Positions 8,513 to 16,498 are shown, numbered from the stretch's first letter. The stretch is DNA of 24,547 nucleotides from an uncultured Clostridia bacterium (GCA_946183765.1 CAMHDC010000001.1:1-24547); one strand, 5' to 3'. Notes: generated by a model from the letters alone, not told the origin. Program-made: numbers and translations.

Positions 8513-9346
8513 TTATGCTTCGGGCTCGGCAGGCGCTTCGACCGCCTCCGCCGTGGCGGCCTCGGGGGCAGCCTCCGGCGCGGGAATGGGCTCGGGTTCC
8601 GGCGTAAAGACCGGCTCGGGCTTCACAGGCTCAGCCTCCTGTACAGCCGCGGGCGCCGCGTAGACAGGGGCGGCCACGGGGGCTGCATAGACAGGTTCGG
8701 GAGCGGGCTGGCTTGCCTGGAGGGCGTCGCCCTGGGCTTTGCCGAAGCTGAAGACCCGGGCCAGGAAGAAGTAGACCAGGGACAGGAGCAGGGTGGTGAC
8801 GTTCAGGCTCAGGGTCACGCTGGTGTTGGGCAGACCCAGGCGGCGGATGAACTCACAGCCCACGAAGTAACTCATGGCGATGCCGCAGGCCCAGAAGACG
8901 ATGTGGAAGATGCCCAGCAGCCGCAGCCGGCGGACGTTCCCGGCGGTGAAGGGGGTGTCCTCCTTCTTGATGTGCTTGAACAGGTTCCCGGCGATCAGCA
9001 TGAGCACATAGGCGGCGGCCAGAACCAGGATGCCAACGCCCACCAGCAGCATGATCACCAGCTTGGCGTCCCTGAGGTCCAGCGTCAGCACGCCGTCCTT
9101 CACCAGAGCGCCCACGTCAGGCACGTTGTCCAGGCCCACCTGATCCAAATTCAGATCCTGCAGGGGCAGCACCAGCTTGCCGTCCTTCACGGCGTCCAGC
9201 GGCAGGTCGTTCTCGTTGACCACGGCCAGGACCACCAGACTGACGATCAGCACCACGGCGGCGACGATGAGCAGGATGCGCAGGATCTTCAGCAGCACGA
9301 ACCCAAAGGCAGCGCCATTCTGGACCTTCTTCAGTTTCTTTTCCAT
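8513..9346 (-). CDS. DUF2975-like membrane protein with Ala/Pro/Glu-rich C-terminal tail
   Basis: About 4 hydrophobic helices; 'PFTAGNVRRLRLLG' and 'FFLARVFSFG' match the DUF2975 pattern; RBS AGGAG upstream. Confidence 0.7.
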   Translation of the reverse strand: MEKKLKKVQNGAAFGFVLLKILRILLIVAAVVLIVSLVVLAVVNENDLPLDAVKDGKLVLPLQDLNLDQVGLDNVPDVGALVKDGVLTLDLRDAKLVIMLLVGVGILVLAAAYVLMLIAGNLFKHIKKEDTPFTAGNVRRLRLLGIFHIVFWACGIAMSYFVGCEFIRRLGLPNTSVTLSLNVTTLLLSLVYFFLARVFSFGKAQGDALQASQPAPEPVYAAPVAAPVYAAPAAVQEAEPVKPEPVFTPEPEPIPAPEAAPEAATAEAVEAPAEPEA

Positions 9347-9364
9347 GTTCCTTATCTCCTTTAT

Positions 9365-10165
9365 TTAATGTACGGACAATCGCCGATACAGCGTCAGCAG
9401 CTGCTCCGGCGTCAGCGCCTCGCCCCGCACGTCGGCGGGCAGGCCCATGCTTTCCAGGACGCCTTTGAGATCCGGCGTCCCGGTAAGATTATTATACAGC
9501 GTCTTGCGGCGCATACGCAAGCAGGCAGCGGCAAATTTTAACAGGGATTTGGGAGATTCCTCCGGCCCGTCGCACCGGGCTTCCAGCTTGACGAGGGCGC
9601 TGGTCACCGTGGGGGGCGGCACGTAGGCCCCCGGGGGCACCTCGCCCAGGAGAGAAGCGCTGTAAAAGAGCTGGGAGACCATGGCCACGGGGCCGTAGTT
9701 CTTCTGGGAGGGCTTGGCGAAAAACCGGTCCGCCGCCTCCTTCTGGACCATCAGCAGCATGCCCGCGGGCCGCAGGGAGAGGAGCATGGTCACGATGTCC
9801 GCCGTGATGCAGTAGGGGAGGTTCCCCGCAGCCACGAAGTCCGGCGGCAAAAAACCGTAGTCCGTCTTCAGACAGTCCCCGTGGATCAGGGTCAGCCGAT
9901 CGTTCACAAGGTCTCGCCGGAGGAAATCGTACAGCCGCCCGTCCTTCTCCACGGCACAGACCCGGGCGCCGGCGGCCAAAAGCTGCTCCGTGAGCCCGCC
10001 GAGACCGGGACCGATCTCCAGCACCGTCCGGCTGTCCAGGGGCAGGGCGGCGGCCAGGCGCTTTAGGACCCCCTCGTCCACGCAGAAGTTCTGGCCCAGG
10101 TTCTTGTTGGGCAGCAGCTCCTCCCGGGCCAGGGCCTGGGTCACGAAATCCCGCGTCGCCCTCAT
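9365..10165 (-). CDS. rsmA: 16S rRNA (adenine1518/1519-N6)-dimethyltransferase RsmA/KsgA
   Basis: 'KNLGQNF', SAM-binding 'EIGPGLG', 'VEKD', 'GNLPY', 'MVQKE', 'PPP.V.SA', 'RRKTLYNNL', 'RGEAL'. Confidence 0.9.
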   Translation of the reverse strand: MRATRDFVTQALAREELLPNKNLGQNFCVDEGVLKRLAAALPLDSRTVLEIGPGLGGLTEQLLAAGARVCAVEKDGRLYDFLRRDLVNDRLTLIHGDCLKTDYGFLPPDFVAAGNLPYCITADIVTMLLSLRPAGMLLMVQKEAADRFFAKPSQKNYGPVAMVSQLFYSASLLGEVPPGAYVPPPTVTSALVKLEARCDGPEESPKSLLKFAAACLRMRRKTLYNNLTGTPDLKGVLESMGLPADVRGEALTPEQLLTLYRRLSVH

Positions 10166-12132
10166 TTGTCCGCCTCCTGGGCTGCCGTGGCCTCTTTTTC
10201 GGGTTCCGGGGTTTTGGCGGCGTCCCGCTCCGGGTCCACCAAAGATTCCGGCTTCTCCGGCTCCATCAAGGATTCCTCTTCCTCCGGTTCCGCGGCAGGG
10301 GCCGGCGGCGCGGGCACGGGCCGGGGCGGCTCCGCCGGGGTAGGCTGCTGCAGCAGGGAGAAATATTTCTGCCGGGCCTGGTCGAAGGCGGCGTTGAAGG
10401 CTCTGTCACTGCCCGCGTGGAGGCGCTCGAAGTACAGGTGCTCGTGGTCGGCCAGCTCGGGATGCACCCGGACCATGGTGGCCACGCCCACGTTGGAGCA
10501 TACGTTGCCGATCCGGTGGAACTCCACCATAAGGTCGGAAAAGGCGGCGTCGGCATACACGTTGCATTCGCCCGTGCTCATGCGCTTGAGATGATTCCGC
10601 TTCAGGAGGGCGATGATCTCGTCCGTGACCTGGACCAGGGGCTCGATGCGTTCCGCCGCCTTCACGTCCCGCTTGCGGAAGGTCAAATCCGTCTCGTCCA
10701 GGATGTTCGTGAGGGCGCTTTCCAGCACGGAGAGCTCCGACAAGGCCGCGGGGGAGAAGGCGGTGCTGTTCCGCTTCATGGCGGCGGCGTGGTCGGCGAT
10801 GTTCACCGCATGGTCCCCCAGCCGCTCGAATTCGGAGGTGACCTTGTAGTACTGGTCCAGGATGGACACGTGGTAGGGGAGCCGCAGCTGGGGCAGGAAC
10901 TCCACGATGTACTTGCTCACCAAATCGGTCATGTGGTCGATCTCGTCCTCGTCCGCCTGGATCTCCATGTGGACGGCCGGGTCGTATTTTTCCAGGAGGG
11001 TGAAGCTCCGCTCAATGTTGGTCCGGGAGGCGGAAAGGATGGCCAGCAGGGCCTTGTAGCAGCTTTGAAGGGCCAGGGCCGGGGTCTTGAAGAACACCGG
11101 GTTCAGCGCCTCCATCTCGTCCTTGAAACGGCTCTCCTTCACGGGCTCGTCCTTCACGATCCGGCGGCTCAGCCGCTCGTAGGTGGTGAGCATGGGGAAG
11201 AGGGCCAGGGCGCAGCCCAGGTTGAAGATGGTGTTGGTGTTGGCGATGATGCTGGAGTTCACCGGCTTCTCCCAAAGGGCGCCCAGCAGCCCCAGCTTGT
11301 GGATCAGGGTGACCACGACGAGGACCAGCACCGTCTCGCTCAGGTTGAACAGGATGTTCACGATGCCCACCCGCCGGGCCTCCGCCTTGGCGCCGATGGA
11401 GCAGACGATGGCCGTGGTCACGCAGTCGCCCAGATAGATGCCCACGATGACGGCGTAGATGGCCTTGAAGGTAAGGAGCCCCGTGGCGGAGAAGGCCTGC
11501 AGGATGCCGATGGTGGCGGAGGAGCTTTGGAGCATGAACGCCACGCCCGCGCCGGTGACGTAGCCCAGCACCGGGCTTTCGCCCAGGCCGGAGAACAGGT
11601 TTTCGATCATGCCGGACTGGGCCAGATTGTTGACCGCGCCGGTCATGTTCAAAAGGCCCGAAAAGAGGATGCCGAAGCCGATGGCGATGTTGCCCACGGA
11701 TTTGGCGTTCTTGAAGAAGCTCCCCATGATGAGCACGATGCCTATGATGAGGGCGATGGGGGCCAGGGTGGAGGGCTGGAAGAAGCGAAGGACGCTGGTA
11801 CCCGAGGCGTCGATATCCAGCAGGCGGATGATCTGGCCCGTAACCGTGGTGCCCACGTTGGCGCCGATGATGATGCCCAGGCTCTGGTGCAATGTCAGAA
11901 CCCCCGCGCCCACGAGGCCGGCGGTGATGACGATGGTGGCGGTGGAGCTCTGGATGAGGGCGGTGACCAGCAGGCCCAGGATGAACGCCTTCAGGGGGTT
12001 GTCCGTCACCTTGCCCATGATGACCTTCAGGGTGCCGGAGGAATTCTCCTTCAGGGAGTCCCCCATGAGCCGCATACCGTACAGGAACATGGCCAGGCCG
12101 CCCAGGAGGGAGATCACGTTAAATATATCCAT
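10162..12132 (-). CDS. Na/Pi cotransporter family protein with PhoU-like C-terminal domain
   Basis: 'LGGLAMFLYGM', 'IQSSTAT', 'IIGANVGTTVT', second 'LQSSSAT', PhoU-like 'EFERLGDHAVNI'. Stop overlaps the rsmA start (ATGA). Confidence 0.92.
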   Translation of the reverse strand: MDIFNVISLLGGLAMFLYGMRLMGDSLKENSSGTLKVIMGKVTDNPLKAFILGLLVTALIQSSTATIVITAGLVGAGVLTLHQSLGIIIGANVGTTVTGQIIRLLDIDASGTSVLRFFQPSTLAPIALIIGIVLIMGSFFKNAKSVGNIAIGFGILFSGLLNMTGAVNNLAQSGMIENLFSGLGESPVLGYVTGAGVAFMLQSSSATIGILQAFSATGLLTFKAIYAVIVGIYLGDCVTTAIVCSIGAKAEARRVGIVNILFNLSETVLVLVVVTLIHKLGLLGALWEKPVNSSIIANTNTIFNLGCALALFPMLTTYERLSRRIVKDEPVKESRFKDEMEALNPVFFKTPALALQSCYKALLAILSASRTNIERSFTLLEKYDPAVHMEIQADEDEIDHMTDLVSKYIVEFLPQLRLPYHVSILDQYYKVTSEFERLGDHAVNIADHAAAMKRNSTAFSPAALSELSVLESALTNILDETDLTFRKRDVKAAERIEPLVQVTDEIIALLKRNHLKRMSTGECNVYADAAFSDLMVEFHRIGNVCSNVGVATMVRVHPELADHEHLYFERLHAGSDRAFNAAFDQARQKYFSLLQQPTPAEPPRPVPAPPAPAAEPEEEESLMEPEKPESLVDPERDAAKTPEPEKEATAAQEADK

Positions 12133-12204
12133 AAAAACCTCAGTTTTCTGTATTCCGATATTCTCCTAATATAACCTTACTATGGTGCCGGTCCAGTTGT
12201 CAAG

Positions 12205-12243
12205 GAAAAAAAGAATCGCGCACGGTCTCCCGTGCGCGAAAAA
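12205..12243 (-). terminator. Intrinsic terminator of the esterase-surface protein operon
   Basis: Stem TCGCGCACGG (12216-12225) / CCGTGCGCGA (12230-12239); on the minus strand it is followed by TTCTTTTTTT. Confidence 0.85.
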
Positions 12244-12274
12244 GATGTGCCGCGGCTATGCCGCGAAGATCGCC

Positions 12275-13990
12275 TCACTCCCAGGCCCAGCCGAAGAGGA
12301 CGTAGTGCTTCACCCACTGCCAGGGGGTGTAGGTCACGGTGACGAGGCAGTCGGCGCTGGCGCGGCCGTCGGCGGAGGTGGCGGTGACGGTGGCCGTGCC
12401 GGGGGCATGGGCCGTGACGCGGCCGTCCGGGGAAACTTCCGCCACGGCGGGATCGGAGCTGAGGAAGGTCCAGACGGGCTCCGTGGCGTCCTCGGGGGCG
12501 ATGGCGGCGGACAGCCGGGCGGCGTCCCCCACGTGAAGGGCCAGGGCGCTCTCGCTGAGGGTCAGCCGTTCCGCGTAGATGTAGGGCAGGGCGGGGATCT
12601 CCCGGCGTTCCAGCACCTCGCCGCAGACGGTGCAGAGGATCTGTTCCTCTCCGGGCACGTTCACTTCGGCGGCTTTCGCCACGGTCCATTCCCCGGGAAC
12701 ATGGCCCGGAGCCGGGATCGATTCCGTATACCGATCGCCGCAGTTGGCGCAGAGGAAGACCTTCTCCCCGTCTTCGGTGCAGGTGGGGGCGGTGTCCGTT
12801 TCCTCATAGGCGTGTCCGGTGGCGGGCACAGGTTCCGTATAGCTGTGGCCGCAGAGGGTGCAGGTATAGGTCTGTACTCCCTCTTCGGTGCAGGTGGGCG
12901 CGGTGGTGAGGGCAGCAGGCCCGTACACGTGGACCGGCGGGGTGTAGCTGTCCCGGTAGGTGTAGCCGCAGGTTTCGCAGGTGTGGGTGGTATAGCCCCA
13001 GTTCGTGCAGTCGCCGGGGGTGACGGCGTCGGTATACTTCGGTTCCTCACACTTCTCCGGGGACAGGCGCACGGGGGTCCGGGACTCGAACTTGGCGTAG
13101 TGGGCGGTGTACATCCTGTCCCGGGCGCAGGCCCGCAGGGTGTCCTCGCCGATGGTGGGGGAGCAGTAGGCCCGGCGGGACTTGGTGATCTCGAAGAAGG
13201 AGATCTCCGTGTCGGCGGTGGTGTTGTAGACCCGGGACCGGTAGCGGCTGCCCTTCACCTCCTTGAACATGCCGATGAGGCCGCCGTTGTGGCAGTAGCC
13301 GTAGACCTCGGAGAAGCCCCGGGTCTTCACGGTGCAGTTCTCGATCTTCCCGCTGCCGCAGGAGTAGACGCCGCCGATGAACTCCTCGCAGAGCACCTCC
13401 GTATTGGTGTCGGTAAAGACGAGCTCCGCGTCCACGGTGCAGCCCAAGAACTCGCTCTCCCAGGAGAAGCCGCAGAGGCCCCCCAGCCCCGCGTTGATAG
13501 AGGTGAGGGTGAGGTGGCTCCGGGTCTGAACGGCGCAGTTTTCGATGACGCTGTGCTCGGCGTACCCGGCCACGGCCCCCAGGAAGCAGTGCTGATCCGT
13601 GGTGATGTCGACGACAGCGTTCATTAAGTTCAGCTCCCGGATCCGGGCGTCCTTCACCACGGAGAACAGGCCGCCGAAGACGGTGTCGTACTCCTTCCGG
13701 TTGCCGTCGTAGGTCATGGTGCCGTCCGGGCCGGGGGCGGTGACGGTCAGGTTATAGAGGGTGTGGCCGTTGCCGTTGAGTTCCCCGGAGAAGGCCAGGG
13801 GCACCCAGGGCTCGCCCCCCATGTCGATGTCCTCCGTCAGCTCGTAGGACCCCGCCGGGTCCTGGGCGATCTGCAGCAGGTCCGCCCGGGACGAGATGGC
13901 CACCGGGGCCTTTTCTTCCTCCGCGCGTACGGCCGGACCGGCGCCCAACAGCAGCAGGGCGCACAGCACGGCGGCAATGATTCGTTTCAT
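12275..13990 (-). CDS. Secreted/surface multidomain protein (571 aa): signal peptide, GLUG-type beta-helix, 4 Cys/His repeats, Ig-like (Big_2) domain, Trp-rich C-terminal tail
   Basis: True start MKRIIAAVLCALLLLGAGPAVRA (ATG 13990, RBS AAGGAG). 'YELTEDIDMGGEPWVP..FSGELNGNGHTLYNL' plus GGLxG/IxNCxV coils; PTCTExG...CxxCG repeats; 'FLSSDPAVAEVSPDGRVTA..PGTATVTAT' Big_2 pattern. Confidence 0.85.
   Translation of the reverse strand: MKRIIAAVLCALLLLGAGPAVRAEEEKAPVAISSRADLLQIAQDPAGSYELTEDIDMGGEPWVPLAFSGELNGNGHTLYNLTVTAPGPDGTMTYDGNRKEYDTVFGGLFSVVKDARIRELNLMNAVVDITTDQHCFLGAVAGYAEHSVIENCAVQTRSHLTLTSINAGLGGLCGFSWESEFLGCTVDAELVFTDTNTEVLCEEFIGGVYSCGSGKIENCTVKTRGFSEVYGYCHNGGLIGMFKEVKGSRYRSRVYNTTADTEISFFEITKSRRAYCSPTIGEDTLRACARDRMYTAHYAKFESRTPVRLSPEKCEEPKYTDAVTPGDCTNWGYTTHTCETCGYTYRDSYTPPVHVYGPAALTTAPTCTEEGVQTYTCTLCGHSYTEPVPATGHAYEETDTAPTCTEDGEKVFLCANCGDRYTESIPAPGHVPGEWTVAKAAEVNVPGEEQILCTVCGEVLERREIPALPYIYAERLTLSESALALHVGDAARLSAAIAPEDATEPVWTFLSSDPAVAEVSPDGRVTAHAPGTATVTATSADGRASADCLVTVTYTPWQWVKHYVLFGWAWE
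12590..13025 (-). repeat. Four imperfect ~30-37 aa Cys/His repeats inside the surface protein
   Basis: PGDCTNWGYTTHTCETCGYTYRDSYTPPVH; APTCTEEGVQTYTCTLCGHSYTEPVPATGH; APTCTEDGEKVFLCANCGDRYTESIPAPGH; degenerate AEVNVPGEEQILCTVCGEVLERREIPAL. Boundaries are approximate. Confidence 0.85.
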
Positions 13991-14001
13991 ATCTTCTCTC
14001 C

Positions 14002-15768
14002 TTATTTCCAGCCTTCCATTCGGTCCATGACATCGTAGAGGGCCAAATACTTTTCGTCTATGGTCTGCACCCTGTCCCCCAGCTCCAGCACCGTCCTGCT
14101 CTCTCCGTCGGCGGCCCAGGGGGGCAGGTCCGGTCCGTTGGGGTTCCCGGTCCTGGCGAAGTTCGCCACGTACTTCACGATCGTCTTCGACAGGGCCCGG
14201 TCGCCCTCGTCGAAGAGCTTGGACGATGTCGGGACGTTCCCGTAGAAGTAGGGCAGCTCCCCGCTGTGCCAGGAGCCCAGGCGGCCGTTGGACTTGCTGA
14301 AGTAGTATTCGTAGGCCGGGATGCCGTTTTGGGCGGCCAGCCGATTCAGGCAGTGGTGGGAATAGTTGAAGAACACCGCCCCGTAGATCTGCGCCCAACA
14401 GCTGTCGGCTTCCTCGTCCGTGGTCGGGTTGTATAGGGCCAGCACCTCGTCGGCGTATTCCTTGAAGTAGGCTCGGACCTTCCCCTCGTAGTTCTTCAGA
14501 TTGGCGTGGCTGAACAGGATGAAGGGCCCGGACTCCTCGGCGTTGTAGCCGTGGAGGACGGCTTCCTCGTTGTGGATGCCCTTTCGGTAGGATTCGTAGG
14601 GGGTCTCCGTGAGGGCGTACCCGTCCACGGTCATGTGGTGCTGGGTGTAGGCCTCGTTCACGATCTGCTTGGCGCTGAGGGCCCGCATCTCGTCCGTGGC
14701 AGAGACGCCGTACCGCTCCTTCAGCTCCCGGCCCGATTTCAGCGCTTCCTCGAAGCTCCTAAAGGAATGGGGCGGCTTCACGGAGGCCACGGTGGAGCTT
14801 TCCAAAAGGGCCCGCCGGAACAGACCCCTGGCGAGGGGCGAGGTGCAGATGGCGCTGACGCTGGCGGCGCCGGCGCTCTCTCCGGCCACGGTCACGTTGC
14901 CGGGATCGCCGCCGAAGGCGGAAACGTTGTCATGGACCCATTGAAGGGCCTTGATCTGATCCAGCAGACCGTAGTTCCCCGTGGTGCCGTGGGGAGATTC
15001 CGCGGCCAAACCCTCGTCGGCCAGATAGCCGAACACCCCCAGCCGGTAGCCCAAATTCACCACCACCACGCCCTCTTTAGCGAGGCCCGTGCCCGCGTAA
15101 TCCGCGTACCAGGGCTGCCCCGTCTGCAGGGTGCCCCCGTGGATATAGACCACGACCGGCAGGCCGCTGACCTTTCCGGCGGGTTTCCATACGTTCACGT
15201 AGAGGCCGTCCTCGCTGACCGGGGCCACCCAATTATCGTTCAACGAAACTTTGTAATCGTGATACCCGATGATCCGGGCCAGACTGTCGTAGATAGGCAG
15301 GTGGACCGGCTGCATGCACATAGGCGCGAAGTGGTCCGCGTCGAGGACGCCCTCCCAGGGCAGGGGGTCCTGGGGCTCCCGCCAGCGCAGGTCTCCCACG
15401 GGCGGCTGAGCGTAGGGGATGCCCGCGTAGAGCTCCACGGCCCCGTCCGCGATGACGACGCCCCGCACGGTCCCCTGTTCGATGGTCACCGGTTCCGTGT
15501 ATACGGGCGTCTTTCCCTCGTAGGCGGGCACGGCCTTGGTGGGCGGCCAGGTCAAGAACAGGATCAAGGCGAAGACGGCGATATACCCCAGATACCCCAG
15601 GAGCTTCACGTACCACTTGCTCCCCTGAAGGGCCTTGCTGAACAGCACGGCAAAGCCCACCGTGGCGGCGACGAGCAGCGCGAAGCCCAGCAGCGTGTTC
15701 TTGTTCAGCTCCAGCACCGCCGCCATGACCAGAAACAGCAGCCCCGTCACGATCCCGAATCCAACCAT
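14002..15768 (-). CDS. Type-B carboxylesterase/lipase family protein with N-terminal membrane anchor (588 aa)
   Basis: True start ATG 15768 with RBS GGAGG. 'GIPYAQPPVGDLRWREP', 'SEDGLYVNVWKP', oxyanion 'YIHGG', 'NYGLLDQIKALQWV', nucleophile 'GESAG', acid 'GYNAEE', 'WHSGEL' His. The first ~75 aa are three hydrophobic segments. Confidence 0.93.
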   Translation of the reverse strand: MVGFGIVTGLLFLVMAAVLELNKNTLLGFALLVAATVGFAVLFSKALQGSKWYVKLLGYLGYIAVFALILFLTWPPTKAVPAYEGKTPVYTEPVTIEQGTVRGVVIADGAVELYAGIPYAQPPVGDLRWREPQDPLPWEGVLDADHFAPMCMQPVHLPIYDSLARIIGYHDYKVSLNDNWVAPVSEDGLYVNVWKPAGKVSGLPVVVYIHGGTLQTGQPWYADYAGTGLAKEGVVVVNLGYRLGVFGYLADEGLAAESPHGTTGNYGLLDQIKALQWVHDNVSAFGGDPGNVTVAGESAGAASVSAICTSPLARGLFRRALLESSTVASVKPPHSFRSFEEALKSGRELKERYGVSATDEMRALSAKQIVNEAYTQHHMTVDGYALTETPYESYRKGIHNEEAVLHGYNAEESGPFILFSHANLKNYEGKVRAYFKEYADEVLALYNPTTDEEADSCWAQIYGAVFFNYSHHCLNRLAAQNGIPAYEYYFSKSNGRLGSWHSGELPYFYGNVPTSSKLFDEGDRALSKTIVKYVANFARTGNPNGPDLPPWAADGESRTVLELGDRVQTIDEKYLALYDVMDRMEGWK

Positions 15769-15797
15769 TTGCGTACCTCCCCGGGTTCTTTGCGTCC

Positions 15798-15806
15798 AGT
15801 ATACCA
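15798..15806 (-). promoter_or_regulatory. Extended -10 promoter for the esterase operon
   Basis: Minus strand TG-g-TATACT (plus-strand AGTATACCA 15798-15806), about 30 bp upstream of ATG 15768. Confidence 0.55.
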
Positions 15807-15859
15807 TCTCCCACCCCAAAAGGGAACACCTCCCCCGGGGCAAAAGATAGGAAAGGGTG

Positions 15860-15888
15860 TTGAAAGGGGGGCGCTCTTTTGGTATAAT
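15860..15888 (+). promoter_or_regulatory. sigmaA promoter of the lipoprotein-MBOAT-DHHW-pepT operon
   Basis: TTGAAA (15860-15865), 17 bp, TATAAT (15883-15888), with TG extension. Confidence 0.8.
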
Positions 15889-15918
15889 CATAAAAACATA
15901 CGGATGAAGGAGACAAAA

Positions 15919-16497
15919 ATGAAACGGATCATCGTTTTTTGTATAGCAGTGTTGTTGCTGGCGACGTGTATCGCCTGCGGGGAGAAGGCGGCTGCCGCTC
16001 CCGCAGAGGCCACGGCCGCGCCTGAGGCCGCTGCGCCTCAGCCCGTCGTCACCGCTGCGCCCGTCGCAGTCCGGCCCGCTGAACCGGCGGCCACGGCGGA
16101 GCCTGCGGCGAACAAGGGCGAGCTGGCAGACAAACTGGCAGCCCGGTGGATGGAAGACGGTCTGGCGGAGGATATGTATCCCCTGACGGCGGAGGACGCG
16201 CTGGACTATTACGGCATCGATCTGTCTGCCTGCTTCGGCGGCGTGGTCCTGGGCGACGCCGCAGGGTACGCCAACGAAGCGGTCATCGTGGAGGCGGAGG
16301 AGGCGGTCCTCGACGAAGCGGAGGCCATGCTCCGGGATCATCTGCAGGCGGTGAAGGCCCAGTACAAGGGGTACGACGCCGAGGCGCTGGCCCTGGCCGA
16401 AAAGGCCGTTCTGCTCCGGGAGGGGGATGCGGTGCTGTACATCGTCTCGCCCAACGCCGAAGCCATGCTGGCCGTATATCGTGAACTGACGAAGTGA
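15919..16497 (+). CDS. Lipoprotein, DUF4358-like (192 aa)
   Basis: RBS AAGGAG; signal MKRIIVFCIAVLLLATCIA-C20; Ala/Pro linker; 'DALDYYGID', 'ANEAVIVEA', 'VLYIVSPN'; sits directly before MBOAT, the usual DUF4358 context. Confidence 0.75.
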   Translation: MKRIIVFCIAVLLLATCIACGEKAAAAPAEATAAPEAAAPQPVVTAAPVAVRPAEPAATAEPAANKGELADKLAARWMEDGLAEDMYPLTAEDALDYYGIDLSACFGGVVLGDAAGYANEAVIVEAEEAVLDEAEAMLRDHLQAVKAQYKGYDAEALALAEKAVLLREGDAVLYIVSPNAEAMLAVYRELTK

Positions 16498-16498
16498 C

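Noticed and set aside
10417-12174. Long antisense ORFs (e.g. 10417-12174, 12182-13627, 680-2374, 18098-19519, 5869-6972)
   Set aside because: They are shadows of well-supported genes on the opposite strand; stop-codon scarcity is expected with GC-rich third positions, and the translations have no recognisable motifs.
12168-12203. sigmaA promoter or Pho box for the Na/Pi transporter
   Set aside because: A perfect minus-strand TTGACA exists (12198-12203), but no good -10 falls at 16-18 bp and I see no clear 11-bp-spaced Pho repeats, so I did not list it as a feature.
12590-13025. Repeats as a CRISPR array or DGR template/variable region
   Set aside because: Similarity is at the protein level inside one ORF, with synonymous divergence, no spacers, no adenine-specific mismatch pattern and no cas or reverse transcriptase genes.
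13976-15933. Both divergent exported proteins start with MKRII
   Set aside because: This is a very common signal-peptide n-region; the rest of the sequences are unrelated.
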